Program-made: the position numbers and the translations under genes
Notes under the pieces: model-generated
Databases searched by the model: none
The model's input: the letters and a program-made list of their open reading frames with translations, nothing else
What the model was told of the DNA's origin: nothing
UHGV virus genome: UHGV-0045959
From: a virus
DNA: 23,790 nucleotides
Strand: one strand, 5' to 3'
Shown: positions 23,768 to 23,790 of the stretch, piece by piece
Position numbering within the stretch: the first letter of the stretch is position 1
Layout of the letters: every line of letters begins with the position of its first letter

Positions 23768-23790
23768 ATGCTTATTGGCTATGTACGCGT
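23768..23790 (+). CDS. serine DNA invertase (Gin/Cin/Hin/Pin family), 5' fragment truncated by window end
   Basis: ATG at 23768 followed by codons for MLIGYVRV, the characteristic N-terminus of Gin/Cin/Hin-type invertases (catalytic Ser expected at the next codon); directly adjacent to the right crossover site. Confidence 0.65.

Noticed and set aside
1-23790. CRISPR arrays, tRNA or rRNA genes
   Set aside because: No regularly spaced direct repeats with spacers and no cloverleaf-compatible or rRNA-like segments were seen; the only tandem repeats are short (213..233 and 8871..8900).

Overview
The window is a P2-like temperate phage (Peduovirus-type) genome in prophage/circular order, with two N-gaps (53..112 and 6234..6315). 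Left to right: a lysogeny module (tyrosine integrase, C-type repressor, divergent operator/promoter region, Cox), early replication genes (B-like, four translationally coupled small ORFs including a C4 zinc-finger protein, rolling-circle initiator A), then an AT-rich cargo island between A and cos carrying a single 827-aa minus-strand gene whose product has a complete SF2 helicase core and a C-terminal PD-(D/E)xK-like nuclease motif. This is the best candidate for an anti-phage or otherwise undescribed accessory system. It is followed by the P2-type 19-nt cos sequence, the capsid/packaging genes (Q, P, O, N, M, L), the lysis cassette (X, holin Y, endolysin K, LysA, LysB with embedded LysC) and tail/baseplate genes (R, S, V, W, J, I, H). 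The tail-fibre region differs from canonical P2: it contains a roughly 1.95-kb Gin/Cin-type invertible segment with two convergent tail-fibre assembly genes and a silent alternative fibre tip, flanked by inverted 26-bp crossover sites, with the first 8 codons of a serine invertase (MLIGYVRV) at the window end. No tRNA, rRNA or CRISPR array was seen. All calls come from reading the sequence and ORF translations; no database search was run, and P2 gene names are assigned from remembered gene order, protein sizes and motifs.
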